64,000 nt of DNA from Eubacteriales bacterium (GCA_045656985.1 JAZOSH010000014.1:6326-70325), one strand, 5' to 3'; shown: positions 41,695 to 51,912, counted from the first letter of the stretch. The notes: generated by a model not told the origin, from the sequence alone. Numbers and translations are program-made.

Positions 41695-42659
41695 TGAAAA
41701 AGAAATGCTTTATAGGCTTTGATACGAGCAATTATACTACCTCTGCGGCGGTCTGCGATTTTGACGGCGAGGTGGTAGCAAATCTCCGTATCCCGCTTCC
41801 TGTTAAGGAGGGGGAAAGGGGATTGCGCCAGTCGGATGCTGTCTTTTCCCACATAAAAAATCTGCCCGAGCTTTGTGATGCTCTTCGCGACGCGCTTGAG
41901 GGTTATGATGTGCTTGCCGTTGGCGTATCCGCGCGTCCGCGAAGCATCAGCGGTTCGTATATGCCCTGCTTTTTGTCGGGCATCTCGGCAGCGCACGCAT
42001 TTGCGGCTGCAAGCGGTGTTCCTGTATATGAGTTTTCGCATCAGGACGGACATGTAATGGCAGCGCTATATTCAAGCGGAGAGAGGAAGCATTTTGCCTT
42101 AAGACAGCATCTTGCCTTTCATGTATCGGGAGGCACAACAGAGGTGCTTTTGTCAACGCCGAGCAAAAGTGGACCTTTTGAGCTCCTTCTTGTCGGTGAG
42201 ACTGCCGACCTTAACGCAGGGCAGGTAATAGATAGAGTCGGAGTCATGATGGGCTTGTCTTTTCCTTGCGGTGCGGAGCTTGAAAAGCTTGCGGCAGAGT
42301 ACAGCGGCAAGATAAAAAAGGCAAAGCTTTCGGTCAAATATGATGGTGATAAGCTTGTATGCAATCTCTCGGGAGTTGAAAACCTCGCAGCTAAAATATA
42401 CAGCGAGACGGGCGACAAGCAGGCTGTGGCGGCGTTTGTTTTTGAGCATATCGGTCGTACGCTTGAGGCGCTTTGCTTGTCCGCAATGGAAAAATACGGT
42501 GAAATGCCTGTGATATTCGCAGGCGGTGTTATGTCAAATAAGATAATGAGGGGAATGCTCTCGGCTCGCTTTGATGCATACTTTGCAGAGCCCTCCTTCT
42601 CAGCAGACAATGCGGCGGGAATTTCGCTTCTTTGCCGTGAGAAATATAACAGAAAGTAA
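41694..42659 (+). CDS. TsaD/Kae1-family (ASKHA fold, peptidase M22) paralog
   Basis: Motifs GFDTSNYTTS, SHQDGH, HVSGGTTE, FAGGVMSN and SADNAAG align with TsaD landmarks. Confidence 0.75.
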   Translation: MKKKCFIGFDTSNYTTSAAVCDFDGEVVANLRIPLPVKEGERGLRQSDAVFSHIKNLPELCDALRDALEGYDVLAVGVSARPRSISGSYMPCFLSGISAAHAFAAASGVPVYEFSHQDGHVMAALYSSGERKHFALRQHLAFHVSGGTTEVLLSTPSKSGPFELLLVGETADLNAGQVIDRVGVMMGLSFPCGAELEKLAAEYSGKIKKAKLSVKYDGDKLVCNLSGVENLAAKIYSETGDKQAVAAFVFEHIGRTLEALCLSAMEKYGEMPVIFAGGVMSNKIMRGMLSARFDAYFAEPSFSADNAAGISLLCREKYNRK

Positions 42660-42672
42660 TTTGGAGAGAAAA

Positions 42673-43902
42673 ATGAACGGAGGATTTCTAACTGTTTCAC
42701 AGCTGAACGGTTATATAAAGGGCCTTTTTGAGCGCGATGATGTGCTCGGCGGTATCAGCGTTTGCGGTGAAATATCAAATATTAAATATCACGCCTCCGG
42801 TCATGTTTACCTGACACTCAAGGACGAGAGCTCGTCGCTCTCGGCTGTAATGTTTAGGGGAGACTTCTCAAGGCTTACCTTCAGGCCCGAAAACGGAATG
42901 AGGGTGATAGCCGCAGGCAGAGTAAGTGTTTATGAACGGAGCGGACAGTATCAGCTTTATATATCGTATATGAAGCCCGACGGTATAGGTCAGCTTTATA
43001 TGATGCTTGAGGCACTAAAGAAAAAGCTTGCCGCAGAGGGACTTTTTGATGCGGCAAGAAAGAAAAAGCTTCCCGAATTTCCAAAAAGGATAGGAGTAGT
43101 AACCTCGTCAACAGGCGCGGTGATAAGAGATATAATCAAGGTTACAGGGCGCAGATACCCACTTGCCGACATCGTTCTCTTTCCCGTACATGTACAGGGG
43201 GACGAGGCTGTCCCCGAGATATGCGCGGGCATACAGTATTTCAACATTGAGAAGAATGTTGATGTTATGATAGTTGGGCGCGGTGGTGGCTCTGCAGAGG
43301 ATCTTTGGGCATTTAACAGTGAGGCGGTGGTGCGTGCGATCGCTGCATCGGAGATACCTGTTATCTCGGCAGTGGGACACCAGACCGACTTTACTCTTTG
43401 CGATATGGTAGCGGATGTAACTGCAGGAACTCCCTCTATGGCAGGAGAGCTTGCCGTGCCTGATGCGGCGCTCCTTAAGGACACGCTTGTGCGCGAGCTT
43501 GCACTTATGTCGCGAAAGATGCAAAAGAAGATTGACGATAACAGGATATACCTTGACGAACGCTCGGTAATAGTTGAGCTTAATTCACCTAAAAACAGAC
43601 TTAAACAGATCTCCCTCACGCTTGATGCTACAGAGAAGAGAATTCTCTCGCTTGCATCAGCAGGACTTGCGAGAGGTGAAGCGGCACTTGGCGAGGGAGC
43701 AGCAAGGCTCTCGGCGCTCAGTCCCTTGGCGGTCCTTGCAAGAGGCTACGGATATGTTCAGGACGGTAATGGAAAAACACTCTGCCGTGCCGAGCAGATG
43801 CAGGCGGGTGGAGAAATAAAGATAATTATGGCTGACGGAAGCGCTCTTGCTGAGGTAAAGGGCGTTAACCTTAACGGTGACGGAGGAAAAGAAAATGGCT
43901 GA
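42673..43902 (+). CDS. xseA: exodeoxyribonuclease VII large subunit
   Basis: N-terminus LTVSQLNGYIKGLFE with an OB fold, then the catalytic domain. ATG 42673 follows a GGAGAG RBS. Confidence 0.9.
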   Translation: MNGGFLTVSQLNGYIKGLFERDDVLGGISVCGEISNIKYHASGHVYLTLKDESSSLSAVMFRGDFSRLTFRPENGMRVIAAGRVSVYERSGQYQLYISYMKPDGIGQLYMMLEALKKKLAAEGLFDAARKKKLPEFPKRIGVVTSSTGAVIRDIIKVTGRRYPLADIVLFPVHVQGDEAVPEICAGIQYFNIEKNVDVMIVGRGGGSAEDLWAFNSEAVVRAIAASEIPVISAVGHQTDFTLCDMVADVTAGTPSMAGELAVPDAALLKDTLVRELALMSRKMQKKIDDNRIYLDERSVIVELNSPKNRLKQISLTLDATEKRILSLASAGLARGEAALGEGAARLSALSPLAVLARGYGYVQDGNGKTLCRAEQMQAGGEIKIIMADGSALAEVKGVNLNGDGGKENG

Positions 43903-44143
43903 TAAAAAGCTTGAAAATATGGATTTTGAAACGGCAATGGCTCGCATAAACGAGATAGCCGCAAGACTTGAGGATACAGGCCTTAAGCTTGATGAGTCAC
44001 TTGCTCTTTACGAAGAGGGGGTGGCACTTGTTGCCCTCTGCCGAGGCAAGCTTGATGAAGCGCAGAGAAGAATAGTTGTGCTTTCTCCCGATGAGAACGG
44101 CGAGATGCGAGAAATTAATTTCTCGGCTCCCGAGGCAGAATAA
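43895..44143 (+). CDS. xseB: exodeoxyribonuclease VII small subunit
   Basis: FETAMARINEIAARLED...LDESLALYEEG signature. 8-nt overlap with xseA. Confidence 0.85.
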   Translation: MADKKLENMDFETAMARINEIAARLEDTGLKLDESLALYEEGVALVALCRGKLDEAQRRIVVLSPDENGEMREINFSAPEAE

Positions 44144-44152
44144 GGTGTAGCT

Positions 44153-45037
44153 ATGACCGATATAAAGAACCTGCTTGCCGAGAACGCAAGCCTTACAGAT
44201 AGGGCACTTGCCGAATATTTTACAGAGAGTGATGAGGACTTCGGGCTTATTATTGATGCCGAAAAATACTCTTTACTTGCGGGCGGAAAGAGAATAAGAG
44301 CCTTTCTTGCGCTTGAATTTTGCAGACTCTTCGGCGGAGATGCAGAAGGTGCGCTACCGCTTGCCGCTGCTGTCGAGATGATACACGCTTCTTCTCTTAT
44401 ACATGATGATCTTCCTTGTATGGACGATGACGATATGCGTCGTGGAAAGCCTACAAACCACAAGGTCTATGGATATGCGAATGCTTTGCTTGCGGGTGAC
44501 GCCTTGCTTATACGGGCTTTTGAGACTATCTCGTCGTCGGCACTTTCGGATAAGGCGGTGCGTCACGCAACACTTGCACTTTCCTGTGCGGCGGGAGATT
44601 TTGGCATGATAGGCGGACAGATAATGGATATAAACGAGGGAGAGGACAAGCTTCCCCTTGAGAAGCTCTTGAAGCTCCACAGAAAGAAAACGGGGGCGTT
44701 GATAAGATGCTCGGCGCTCCTTGGCTGTATTGCTGCGGGACTTGAATGGGATTCACCTGAAGCGCAGGCGGCGTGCGAATATGCCGAGGCGATAGGACTT
44801 GCCTTTCAGATAATTGACGATATACTTGATGTAACGGGTGACAGTGTCCTTATGGGCAAGAACACAGGTTCTGATGCCGAGCAGGGAAAAACCACATTCT
44901 TGAGCTATTATTCCCCCGAGGAGGCGCGCGCAGAAGCTGCAAAGCTTACAGAAAAAGCTGTTGAGGCGATCTCGAAGTTTGACGGCTCGGAGACACTCAT
45001 TTCCCTTGCAAAATATTTACTTGACAGAAGCTTTTGA
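44153..45037 (+). CDS. ispA: (2E,6E)-farnesyl/geranylgeranyl diphosphate synthase
   Basis: FARM motif DDLPCMDDDDMRRG and SARM motif IIDDILD. Confidence 0.9.
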   Translation: MTDIKNLLAENASLTDRALAEYFTESDEDFGLIIDAEKYSLLAGGKRIRAFLALEFCRLFGGDAEGALPLAAAVEMIHASSLIHDDLPCMDDDDMRRGKPTNHKVYGYANALLAGDALLIRAFETISSSALSDKAVRHATLALSCAAGDFGMIGGQIMDINEGEDKLPLEKLLKLHRKKTGALIRCSALLGCIAAGLEWDSPEAQAACEYAEAIGLAFQIIDDILDVTGDSVLMGKNTGSDAEQGKTTFLSYYSPEEARAEAAKLTEKAVEAISKFDGSETLISLAKYLLDRSF

Positions 45038-45055
45038 TTGATTTTGGAGGAAATT

Positions 45056-45523
45056 TTGGATTATATAGGAAGTTTTTTTGGAAATTATATGCTCGTTAGC
45101 GCAGGTCTTGGCTGGCTAGGTGCACAGATAATAAAGGTGTTTACAGGAATGTTCAAGGAGAGAGCGTTCAAACTCACCACCCTTCTGTTTTCAACAGGGG
45201 GAATGCCCAGCTCTCATGCGGCAGTTGTTTGCGGACTGTCTGCGGCAAGCGTTATACAGAACGGATGGGGCGCGGGAATTACCGCAGTGTGCTTTGTCCT
45301 CTCAATAGTGGTAATGGTGGATGCCTCCGGCGTTCGTTATGAGACGGGAAAGCAGGCGGTGATAATCAATGATATCGTTGAGGAGATCTTCTCCGGCAAT
45401 CCTGATAAGGTAAATACAGGACTTAAGGAGCTTGTAGGTCACACGCCCTTTCAGGTTGCTGTGGGCGCAGTATTTGGTGTAGCAGTTGCCGTTCTTATGG
45501 GCTTTTTGATGGGACAGTTATGA
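45056..45523 (+). CDS. divergent PAP2 / DUF212 membrane protein (acid-phosphatase-related)
   Basis: Motifs GGMPSSHAA and DASGVR. The start is uncertain: TTG 45056 follows GGAGG, with TTG 45038 and ATG 45089 as alternatives. Confidence 0.65.
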   Translation: MDYIGSFFGNYMLVSAGLGWLGAQIIKVFTGMFKERAFKLTTLLFSTGGMPSSHAAVVCGLSAASVIQNGWGAGITAVCFVLSIVVMVDASGVRYETGKQAVIINDIVEEIFSGNPDKVNTGLKELVGHTPFQVAVGAVFGVAVAVLMGFLMGQL

Positions 45524-46302
45524 GAATTGATAAATATCTTGCCGAGGCTAGATACACGAAAAGCCGCAAATTTGCGCAGGACCTTATTGATGCAGGTGCT
45601 GTCAAGATCGACGGAGAGCTTGTAAAAAAGTCATCGCAGGAAATAGATCCAACAGTGCCTCATAAAATAGAGCTTGAGGAGCTTTTTAAGTATGTAAGCC
45701 GCGGAGGAATGAAGCTTGAGGCGGCTCTTGATACTTTTGGTGTAAATGTCTCGGGACTTCGCGCCGTTGATGTGGGTGCGTCAACAGGCGGATTTACCGA
45801 TTGCCTTCTCAAAAGAGGTGCAACACTCGTATATTCAATAGATTCGGGAATTGGTCAGCTGCATCCCGACCTTGCTTCTGACGCAAGGGTTTGCTCGGTT
45901 GAAAAATTCAATGCCCGTGATCTTAATCCTTCTGTTACTGAGGGTGAATGTGATGTGGCGGTGGCTGATGTTTCCTTTATTTCGCAGACCTACCTCATAG
46001 CTCCGATATGCTCGGTGCTTAAGGACGGCGGCGTGTTTATAAGCCTTATTAAGCCACAGTTTGAGGCAGGTGCTTCTGCGCTTGGCAAAAACGGAGTGGT
46101 AAAGAATGCGGCGTACAGATACCTTGCGGTAAAGCGAGTGCTCAATTCAGCTCATGAAAACGGACTTGACTGCCGTGGACTTATCGCATCACCGATAACA
46201 GGTGGTGACGGAAATAAAGAATATCTCGCCTATTTTGTCAAATCTGCGGTGCTTTTGCCGAGGATAGATGATAAGACAATAAAGAAAATAACCAATGCTT
46301 AA
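45520..46302 (+). CDS. tlyA: TlyA-family rRNA 2'-O-methyltransferase
   Basis: N-terminal S4 domain (MRIDKYL...) plus an FtsJ-type SAM site DVGASTGGFTD. Confidence 0.85.
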   Translation: MRIDKYLAEARYTKSRKFAQDLIDAGAVKIDGELVKKSSQEIDPTVPHKIELEELFKYVSRGGMKLEAALDTFGVNVSGLRAVDVGASTGGFTDCLLKRGATLVYSIDSGIGQLHPDLASDARVCSVEKFNARDLNPSVTEGECDVAVADVSFISQTYLIAPICSVLKDGGVFISLIKPQFEAGASALGKNGVVKNAAYRYLAVKRVLNSAHENGLDCRGLIASPITGGDGNKEYLAYFVKSAVLLPRIDDKTIKKITNA

Positions 46303-46326
46303 TTGCATTTTGTGTGTGAGGAAAAA

Positions 46327-47196
46327 ATGAGAAATATCGGACTGATAGCAAATTTTAATATCAAGGAGAAGGCTGATGCAGCATATACCGTTGCGGAAAA
46401 GCTCTCGGCACACGACGCAAAGATACTTATACCAATTCAATATAAGGAGAGGATTTTCAGAGCGTTGAAGCATAGCTCAAACTTTGAGTATCTCTCTTAT
46501 GATGAGATCTACGAAAAAGCCGAGCTTGCGCTTGTGCTTGGCGGTGACGGATTTATTCTTGATGCTGCACGCCGCGCTGCACCCATGGGTGTGCCGATAC
46601 TTGGCATAAATCTTGGCAGGGTAGGGTATATGACCGAGCTTGAGACAGACGAGCTCGACCTGCTTGATAAATATTTTGAAGGAGAATACCGCATAGATGA
46701 GCGCGCAATGCTCGGTGTCACTGTAATTTCCTCCGCAGGCTCAAAGAAGTTTTCGTCATACGCGCTTAATGATGTAGTGGTGGCAAACGGAAGCACTGCA
46801 AGAATAGTTGACCTTTTACTTATGGAGGACGGAGAGAATATCTCCAGCTATCGCGCAGACGGACTTATCGTAGCAACACCTACAGGCTCAACTGCGTATT
46901 CGCTTTCTGCGGGAGGACCTATTATTGATCCAAAGCTTTCCTGCTTTTGTGTAACACCTATCTGTCCCCACTCTCTTGGTGCGCGTCCTATCGTTTTTCC
47001 CGATACGGCAAAGCTTCAGGTAAAGAACATATGCTCAAGGGAAAAGGTGCTTCACATCACGGTTGACGGCAAAGCAACCTTTGATATGTTCTACGGTGAT
47101 GTGGTTGAGATAACAAAATCAGAGCTTACAACAAAGCTCGTGCGCATAAAATCGGGCGGCTTTTATTCGAAGATAAGAGCAAAAAAATTCGTGTAA
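46327..47196 (+). CDS. nadK: NAD kinase
   Basis: GGDGF motif and TPTGSTAYSLSAGGP. ATG 46327 follows a GAGGA RBS. Confidence 0.9.
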   Translation: MRNIGLIANFNIKEKADAAYTVAEKLSAHDAKILIPIQYKERIFRALKHSSNFEYLSYDEIYEKAELALVLGGDGFILDAARRAAPMGVPILGINLGRVGYMTELETDELDLLDKYFEGEYRIDERAMLGVTVISSAGSKKFSSYALNDVVVANGSTARIVDLLLMEDGENISSYRADGLIVATPTGSTAYSLSAGGPIIDPKLSCFCVTPICPHSLGARPIVFPDTAKLQVKNICSREKVLHITVDGKATFDMFYGDVVEITKSELTTKLVRIKSGGFYSKIRAKKFV

Positions 47197-47212
47197 TTTA
47201 GGAGAATAGAAA

Positions 47213-47668
47213 ATGAAATCCGAAAGACAGGCGGCAATAATAGACCTGATAACGAGATATGAGATAGAGACCCAGGAGGATATGATAGAGAAGCTTCGCT
47301 CTGCGGGATATGAGGTAACGCAGGCAACTGTCTCAAGAGACATAAGAGAGCTTAAGCTTACAAAGTCACTCTCAAGTCACGGAACATACAGATACATGAA
47401 GAGTACCGCAAGGCAGAATGCGGGAAGTGTTAAGTTCAACAATGCTGTAGTTGACTCAATAACAAGTGTTGATTATGCAGAGAATATTATAATTCTTAAG
47501 ACATATCCGGGACTTGGAATGGCTGTGGCTTCTGGTGTTGATGCACTCAATCTGCCTAAAATCCTTGGTTGTATCGGTGGAGATGATACGATAATGATAG
47601 TCACACGCGACAAGGAGTCGGCAAAGGATATCAGCGAGAAGATACACGATCTTATGAAATCCTTTTGA
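47213..47668 (+). CDS. argR: arginine repressor
   Basis: Winged-helix N-domain TQATVSRDIRELKL and C-terminal GTIAGDDT-like motif GCIGGDDT. Confidence 0.9.
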   Translation: MKSERQAAIIDLITRYEIETQEDMIEKLRSAGYEVTQATVSRDIRELKLTKSLSSHGTYRYMKSTARQNAGSVKFNNAVVDSITSVDYAENIIILKTYPGLGMAVASGVDALNLPKILGCIGGDDTIMIVTRDKESAKDISEKIHDLMKSF

Positions 47669-47679
47669 GGAATTAAAAT

Positions 47680-49359
47680 ATGATCTGCGGACTTCACATT
47701 GAAAATATAGCCGTTGTAAAGAGCCTTGACATAGAGCTTGGCAGCGGACTTAATGTGCTCACGGGAGAAACGGGAGCAGGAAAATCAATAATTATAGATA
47801 GCCTTAACCTTCTTCTTGGTGCAAGGGCAGATAAAGAGCTTATCCGCCGCGGAGAGACGAGCGCAACAGTGTCTGCAACCTTTGGCGATATAGGCGATGC
47901 GGCAGAGGCTGTGCTTCGCGAGATGGGATTTAGTGTTGAGGAAGGCGCGATTATGCTCTCTCGCACTATAAGTACAGACGGAAAAAGCACATCAAGGCTT
48001 GACGGAAGAACGATAACCCTTTCGGTGCTTCGCGAGATCTCGTCATACCTTTTCAATATTCACGGACAGAATGACAACCAGAAGCTTCTTCACGCCGCAA
48101 GTCACGCGGGGATACTTGATAGCTTTGCGTCAAGCAGTGAGCTTTTGAGTGAATATTCTGTACTCTACCGCGAGGTGCTTCATCTTCGCACGGAAATTGA
48201 TTCATTGAATAAGGATTCAATGGAAAAGGAAAGACTGCGTGAGATGCTCACCTATCAGGTGGAGGATATAGATGCGGCAGCCCTTAAGGAGGGCGAGGAG
48301 GAAAAGCTCGCTGATGAGCAGAGAAGGCTTGAGGGGCTTGAGAGAGTAAATAAATGTACGGCTCTCGTTCGTCGCGCAATGCTCGGCTCGGAAAAGGGGG
48401 CCGGAGCAACATATATGTGCGACAGGGCTGCTACGGCACTTATGCAGATAAGCGACAGCTTCCCAGAGGCAAAGGAACTCTCGGAGAGACTTGTTAGTGT
48501 AAAATACGAGCTTGAGGATATTGCCGAGAGCGCGGAGAGTCTTGCTGATATTGATGAGGCAGATCCCACAGCAAGACTTGATAAGATAGGTGCAAGACTT
48601 GAGGTTATAACAAAGCTAAAGAGAAAGTATGGCGCAACTGTTGAAGATGTTCTCTCATTCAGGGAAAATGCAGCCAAGCGACTCGAGGAGCTTGAAAACT
48701 CGGAGGAGCTTGCGGCAGAGCTGACAGAAAGCCTTAAGGTGTCAGAGAAGAAGGCAAGAGATGTTGCCGACAGACTTTACGAAAAGAGAAAGAAGGCGGC
48801 ACTTGAGCTTCAGCAGAGAGTGACCGAAAGTCTTGAATTTCTTGATATGCCCAAGGTTCGCTTTGAGGTGGGAATTGAGCACGGCAGTGAGCTTTTTGCA
48901 AACGGAACAGATAAGATAGAATTTCTTATTGCTACAAATGCAGGTGAGCCTCTTATGTCTATGATAAAGATAGCGTCGGGCGGTGAGCTCGCAAGAATAA
49001 TGCTCTCACTGCGTAGCGTTCTCAATGCTTGTGACGGCACAGGAACCGTCATATTTGATGAGATAGATACGGGAATCTCGGGCAAGACCTCGCGCAAGGT
49101 CGGTATCAAGCTTGCGGGAATAGGAAAAGAAACGCAGGTAGTGTGCGTAACGCACTCGGCACAGATAGCCTCCCTTGCCGACTCCCATTTCTTCATATCA
49201 AAATCCGAGGTTGACGGGCGTGTGCAGACCGCGGTAAAGATACTTGACGGTGACTCTCGTGTTGAAGAGATCGCGCGTATTCTCGGCGGCATCAACATCA
49301 CCGAGGCGCAGAGAACAGCTGCGAGAGAAATGATTGAGGATAAAAAGGGAATTATTTAA
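47680..49359 (+). CDS. recN: DNA repair protein RecN
   Basis: SMC-like protein with Walker A GETGAGKS, a long coiled coil and a C-terminal signature region. Confidence 0.93.
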   Translation: MICGLHIENIAVVKSLDIELGSGLNVLTGETGAGKSIIIDSLNLLLGARADKELIRRGETSATVSATFGDIGDAAEAVLREMGFSVEEGAIMLSRTISTDGKSTSRLDGRTITLSVLREISSYLFNIHGQNDNQKLLHAASHAGILDSFASSSELLSEYSVLYREVLHLRTEIDSLNKDSMEKERLREMLTYQVEDIDAAALKEGEEEKLADEQRRLEGLERVNKCTALVRRAMLGSEKGAGATYMCDRAATALMQISDSFPEAKELSERLVSVKYELEDIAESAESLADIDEADPTARLDKIGARLEVITKLKRKYGATVEDVLSFRENAAKRLEELENSEELAAELTESLKVSEKKARDVADRLYEKRKKAALELQQRVTESLEFLDMPKVRFEVGIEHGSELFANGTDKIEFLIATNAGEPLMSMIKIASGGELARIMLSLRSVLNACDGTGTVIFDEIDTGISGKTSRKVGIKLAGIGKETQVVCVTHSAQIASLADSHFFISKSEVDGRVQTAVKILDGDSRVEEIARILGGINITEAQRTAAREMIEDKKGII

Positions 49360-49368
49360 GCAAATCCC

Positions 49369-49397
49369 TTGAAAATATAAGTGATTTATAGTATAAT
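49369..49397 (+). promoter_or_regulatory. SigA-type promoter (TTGAAA-N17-TATAAT) for argS
   Basis: TTGAAA at 49369-49374, 17-nt spacer, TATAAT at 49392-49397. Confidence 0.6.
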
Positions 49398-49433
49398 TAA
49401 AAGGTTGGATTACTTTAAAGAAAGGCTTGTTTT

Positions 49434-51158
49434 ATGATAGAGATAAAAAATTTAATTTCAGAAAAAATAGCCGAGAAGCTTGGTAACGAAGAGATAAAGG
49501 CAGAGATGCTTGCGGGAATGCTTGAGTACCCGCCCGACGATAAGATGGGCGACCTCGCACTCCCTTGCTTCAAGCTCTCAAAGCTTATGCGCTGCTCGCC
49601 TGTTCAGATAGCGGCAAGTATTGCCGAGGATTTTAATTGCGAGGCAGTAAGCTCCTGTGAGGCGGTAAACGGCTACTTAAATATAAAAATTTCAAGTGAT
49701 TATCTTGCGGGGAAAGTGCTTCCCGAGATACTTACTAAGGGTGAGAATTACGGCGCACCCGATATGGGCAAGGGTAAGACTGTAGTGCTTGACTACTCCT
49801 CGCCGAATGTCGCAAAGCCCTTCCATATTGGTCACCTCGGTACAACTGTTATCGGTCACGCCCTCAAGAGACTTCATGAGTTTGCGGGATATAAGTGCGT
49901 GGGTATCAACTATCTTGGCGACTGGGGCACACAGTTTGGTAAGCTTATCGTGGCTTACAAGCTCTGGGGCGACAAGGAGCAGATAGAAAACGGCGGAATA
50001 GACAAGCTTGTTGAGCTTTATGTCCGCATCAATAACACCATCAAGGGCGACGAGGAGAAGGGTATCCCCGCGCGTAACGATCTCGCGGACGAGGCAAGAG
50101 CAGAGTTCCGCAAGATGGAGATTGGTGACGAGGAGAACATCGCTCTTTGGAAGTGGTTTGTTGAGATAAGTCTTAAGGAATACGAAAAGACATACAAGCA
50201 GCTCGGTATTGAATTTGACAGCTACAAGGGTGAGAGCTTTTATACCGACAAGATGCCCGCACAGGTTGAGATCCTTCGTGAGAAGGGACTTCTTAAGCTT
50301 GACGACGGCGCGTCTATCGTTGATCTTGAGCCTTACGGAATGCCCCCCTGTCTCATTCTCAAGCGTGACGGCTCAACACTTTATCCCACGCGTGACATTG
50401 CTGCTGCGGTCTATCGCAAGGGCGAGTATGACTTTGATAAGTGTATTTATGTTACAAGCACACAGCAGATACTCCACTTTGAGCAGTGGTTCAAGGTTGT
50501 AGAGCTTATGGGCTATGATTGGTACGATAAGCTCGTTCACATTCCCTACGGAACTGTTTCCCTCAACGGCGCAAAGCTTGCTACAAGAACAGGAAATGTA
50601 GTTCTTCTCAAGGACCTATTTGCGGCGGCAATAGAGAAGGTAAAGGGCATTATGGCAGAGAAGAACCCCGACCTCGCGGGTAACGACGAGGTTGCAGAGG
50701 CTGTAGGTGTTGGTGCAATTGTATTCTATTACCTCACCAATAACAGAATAAAGGACATAAATTTCAATCTTGAGGATGCACTTTCGTTTGACGGAAATAC
50801 AGGACCTTATGTTCAGTACACATACGCGCGCGCTTGCTCGGTGCTTGAAAAGGCGAAGGGTGAGACACTCGGTGACGAGATAGCTATCACTACCCCCGAG
50901 GAAGCGACACTTCTTAAGGTTATGTCGCAGTATGAGGAGAGGGTGCTCACCGCAATCCGCGATTATGAGCCCTCTGTTATCACAAGATTTATTCTTGATG
51001 TTGCTGTCGCATTCAATAAGTTCTATCACGAGTGTAAGATAGCGACCGAGCCCGACGAGAAGATAAGGGCAACGAGAATTAAACTTACAGAAGCGGCAAA
51101 GCATGTGCTCGGCAGTGCCTTCTCGCTCATCTGCCTTAAGAAGACAGAAAGAATATAA
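49434..51158 (+). CDS. argS: arginine--tRNA ligase
   Basis: Class I HIGH motif PFHIGHLG, with the N-terminal Arg_tRNA_synt_N and C-terminal DALR regions. Confidence 0.95.
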   Translation: MIEIKNLISEKIAEKLGNEEIKAEMLAGMLEYPPDDKMGDLALPCFKLSKLMRCSPVQIAASIAEDFNCEAVSSCEAVNGYLNIKISSDYLAGKVLPEILTKGENYGAPDMGKGKTVVLDYSSPNVAKPFHIGHLGTTVIGHALKRLHEFAGYKCVGINYLGDWGTQFGKLIVAYKLWGDKEQIENGGIDKLVELYVRINNTIKGDEEKGIPARNDLADEARAEFRKMEIGDEENIALWKWFVEISLKEYEKTYKQLGIEFDSYKGESFYTDKMPAQVEILREKGLLKLDDGASIVDLEPYGMPPCLILKRDGSTLYPTRDIAAAVYRKGEYDFDKCIYVTSTQQILHFEQWFKVVELMGYDWYDKLVHIPYGTVSLNGAKLATRTGNVVLLKDLFAAAIEKVKGIMAEKNPDLAGNDEVAEAVGVGAIVFYYLTNNRIKDINFNLEDALSFDGNTGPYVQYTYARACSVLEKAKGETLGDEIAITTPEEATLLKVMSQYEERVLTAIRDYEPSVITRFILDVAVAFNKFYHECKIATEPDEKIRATRIKLTEAAKHVLGSAFSLICLKKTERI

Positions 51159-51186
51159 GTAAAAACTTGAAAGGAAAATATAAATC

Positions 51187-51912
51187 ATGTCAGGACATAG
51201 CAAATGGGCTAATATCAAGCACAAAAAGGAAAAGACCGACGCGCAGAGAGCGAAGGTCTTCACAAAGATAGGTAAGGAAATTACTATTGCCGTAAAGGAA
51301 GGCGGCGGAGATCCTAACTCTAACTCTAAGCTCCGCGACCTCATTCAGAAGGCAAAGTCAAATAATGTTCCCAATGATAATATTGAGCGTACCATAAAGA
51401 AGGCTCTCGGAAGCACAGGTGAGAGCTATGAAGAGGTCGTTTACGAGGGTTACGGTCCTGCGGGAGTTGCAGTAATCGTTGAGGCAACGACTGACAACAG
51501 AAACAGAACCGCAGGTAATGTTCGTTCCTACTTCTCAAAGTATCACGGAAATATGGGACAGACAGGCTGCGTAAGCTTTATGTTTGAGGAGAAGGGCGTT
51601 ATCATCGTGTCAAACGAGGATGGCGATGTTGACGAGGACAAGCTTATGGAGACATCCCTTGAGGCAGGTGCAGAGGACTTTGCGGCAGAGGGTGAGATCT
51701 TTGAGATATACACCGTTCCCGATGATCTTTACGCTGTAAAGGAAGCTATCGAGGCGGCAGGCTTTGCTATCGCTTCGGCAGAAAAGGACAAGATAGCATC
51801 CACATATGTCGCGCTTGATAACGAGGATGACATAAAGTTTATGGAATTACTCATTGAGCATCTTGAGGATGACGATGATGTAATGAATGTATATCACAAC
51901 TGGGAAAACTGA
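51187..51912 (+). CDS. yebC: YebC/PmpR-family transcriptional regulator
   Basis: N-terminus MSGHSKWANIKHKK. Confidence 0.93.
   Translation: MSGHSKWANIKHKKEKTDAQRAKVFTKIGKEITIAVKEGGGDPNSNSKLRDLIQKAKSNNVPNDNIERTIKKALGSTGESYEEVVYEGYGPAGVAVIVEATTDNRNRTAGNVRSYFSKYHGNMGQTGCVSFMFEEKGVIIVSNEDGDVDEDKLMETSLEAGAEDFAAEGEIFEIYTVPDDLYAVKEAIEAAGFAIASAEKDKIASTYVALDNEDDIKFMELLIEHLEDDDDVMNVYHNWEN

Noticed and set aside
47600-47680. LexA (Cheo-box, GAAC-N4-GTTC) site expected upstream of recN; also checked upstream of pcrA at 60830-60892.
   Set aside because: No GAAC-N4-GTTC match was found by eye in either region. recN appears to be transcribed as part of the nusB...argR operon.
49398-49433. Possible T-box riboswitch upstream of argS, and likewise upstream of the his operon at 21447-21481.
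   Set aside because: The leaders are only about 35 nt from the predicted -10 box to the start codon. That is far too short for a T-box of roughly 200 nt or more, and no specifier or T-box sequence is visible.
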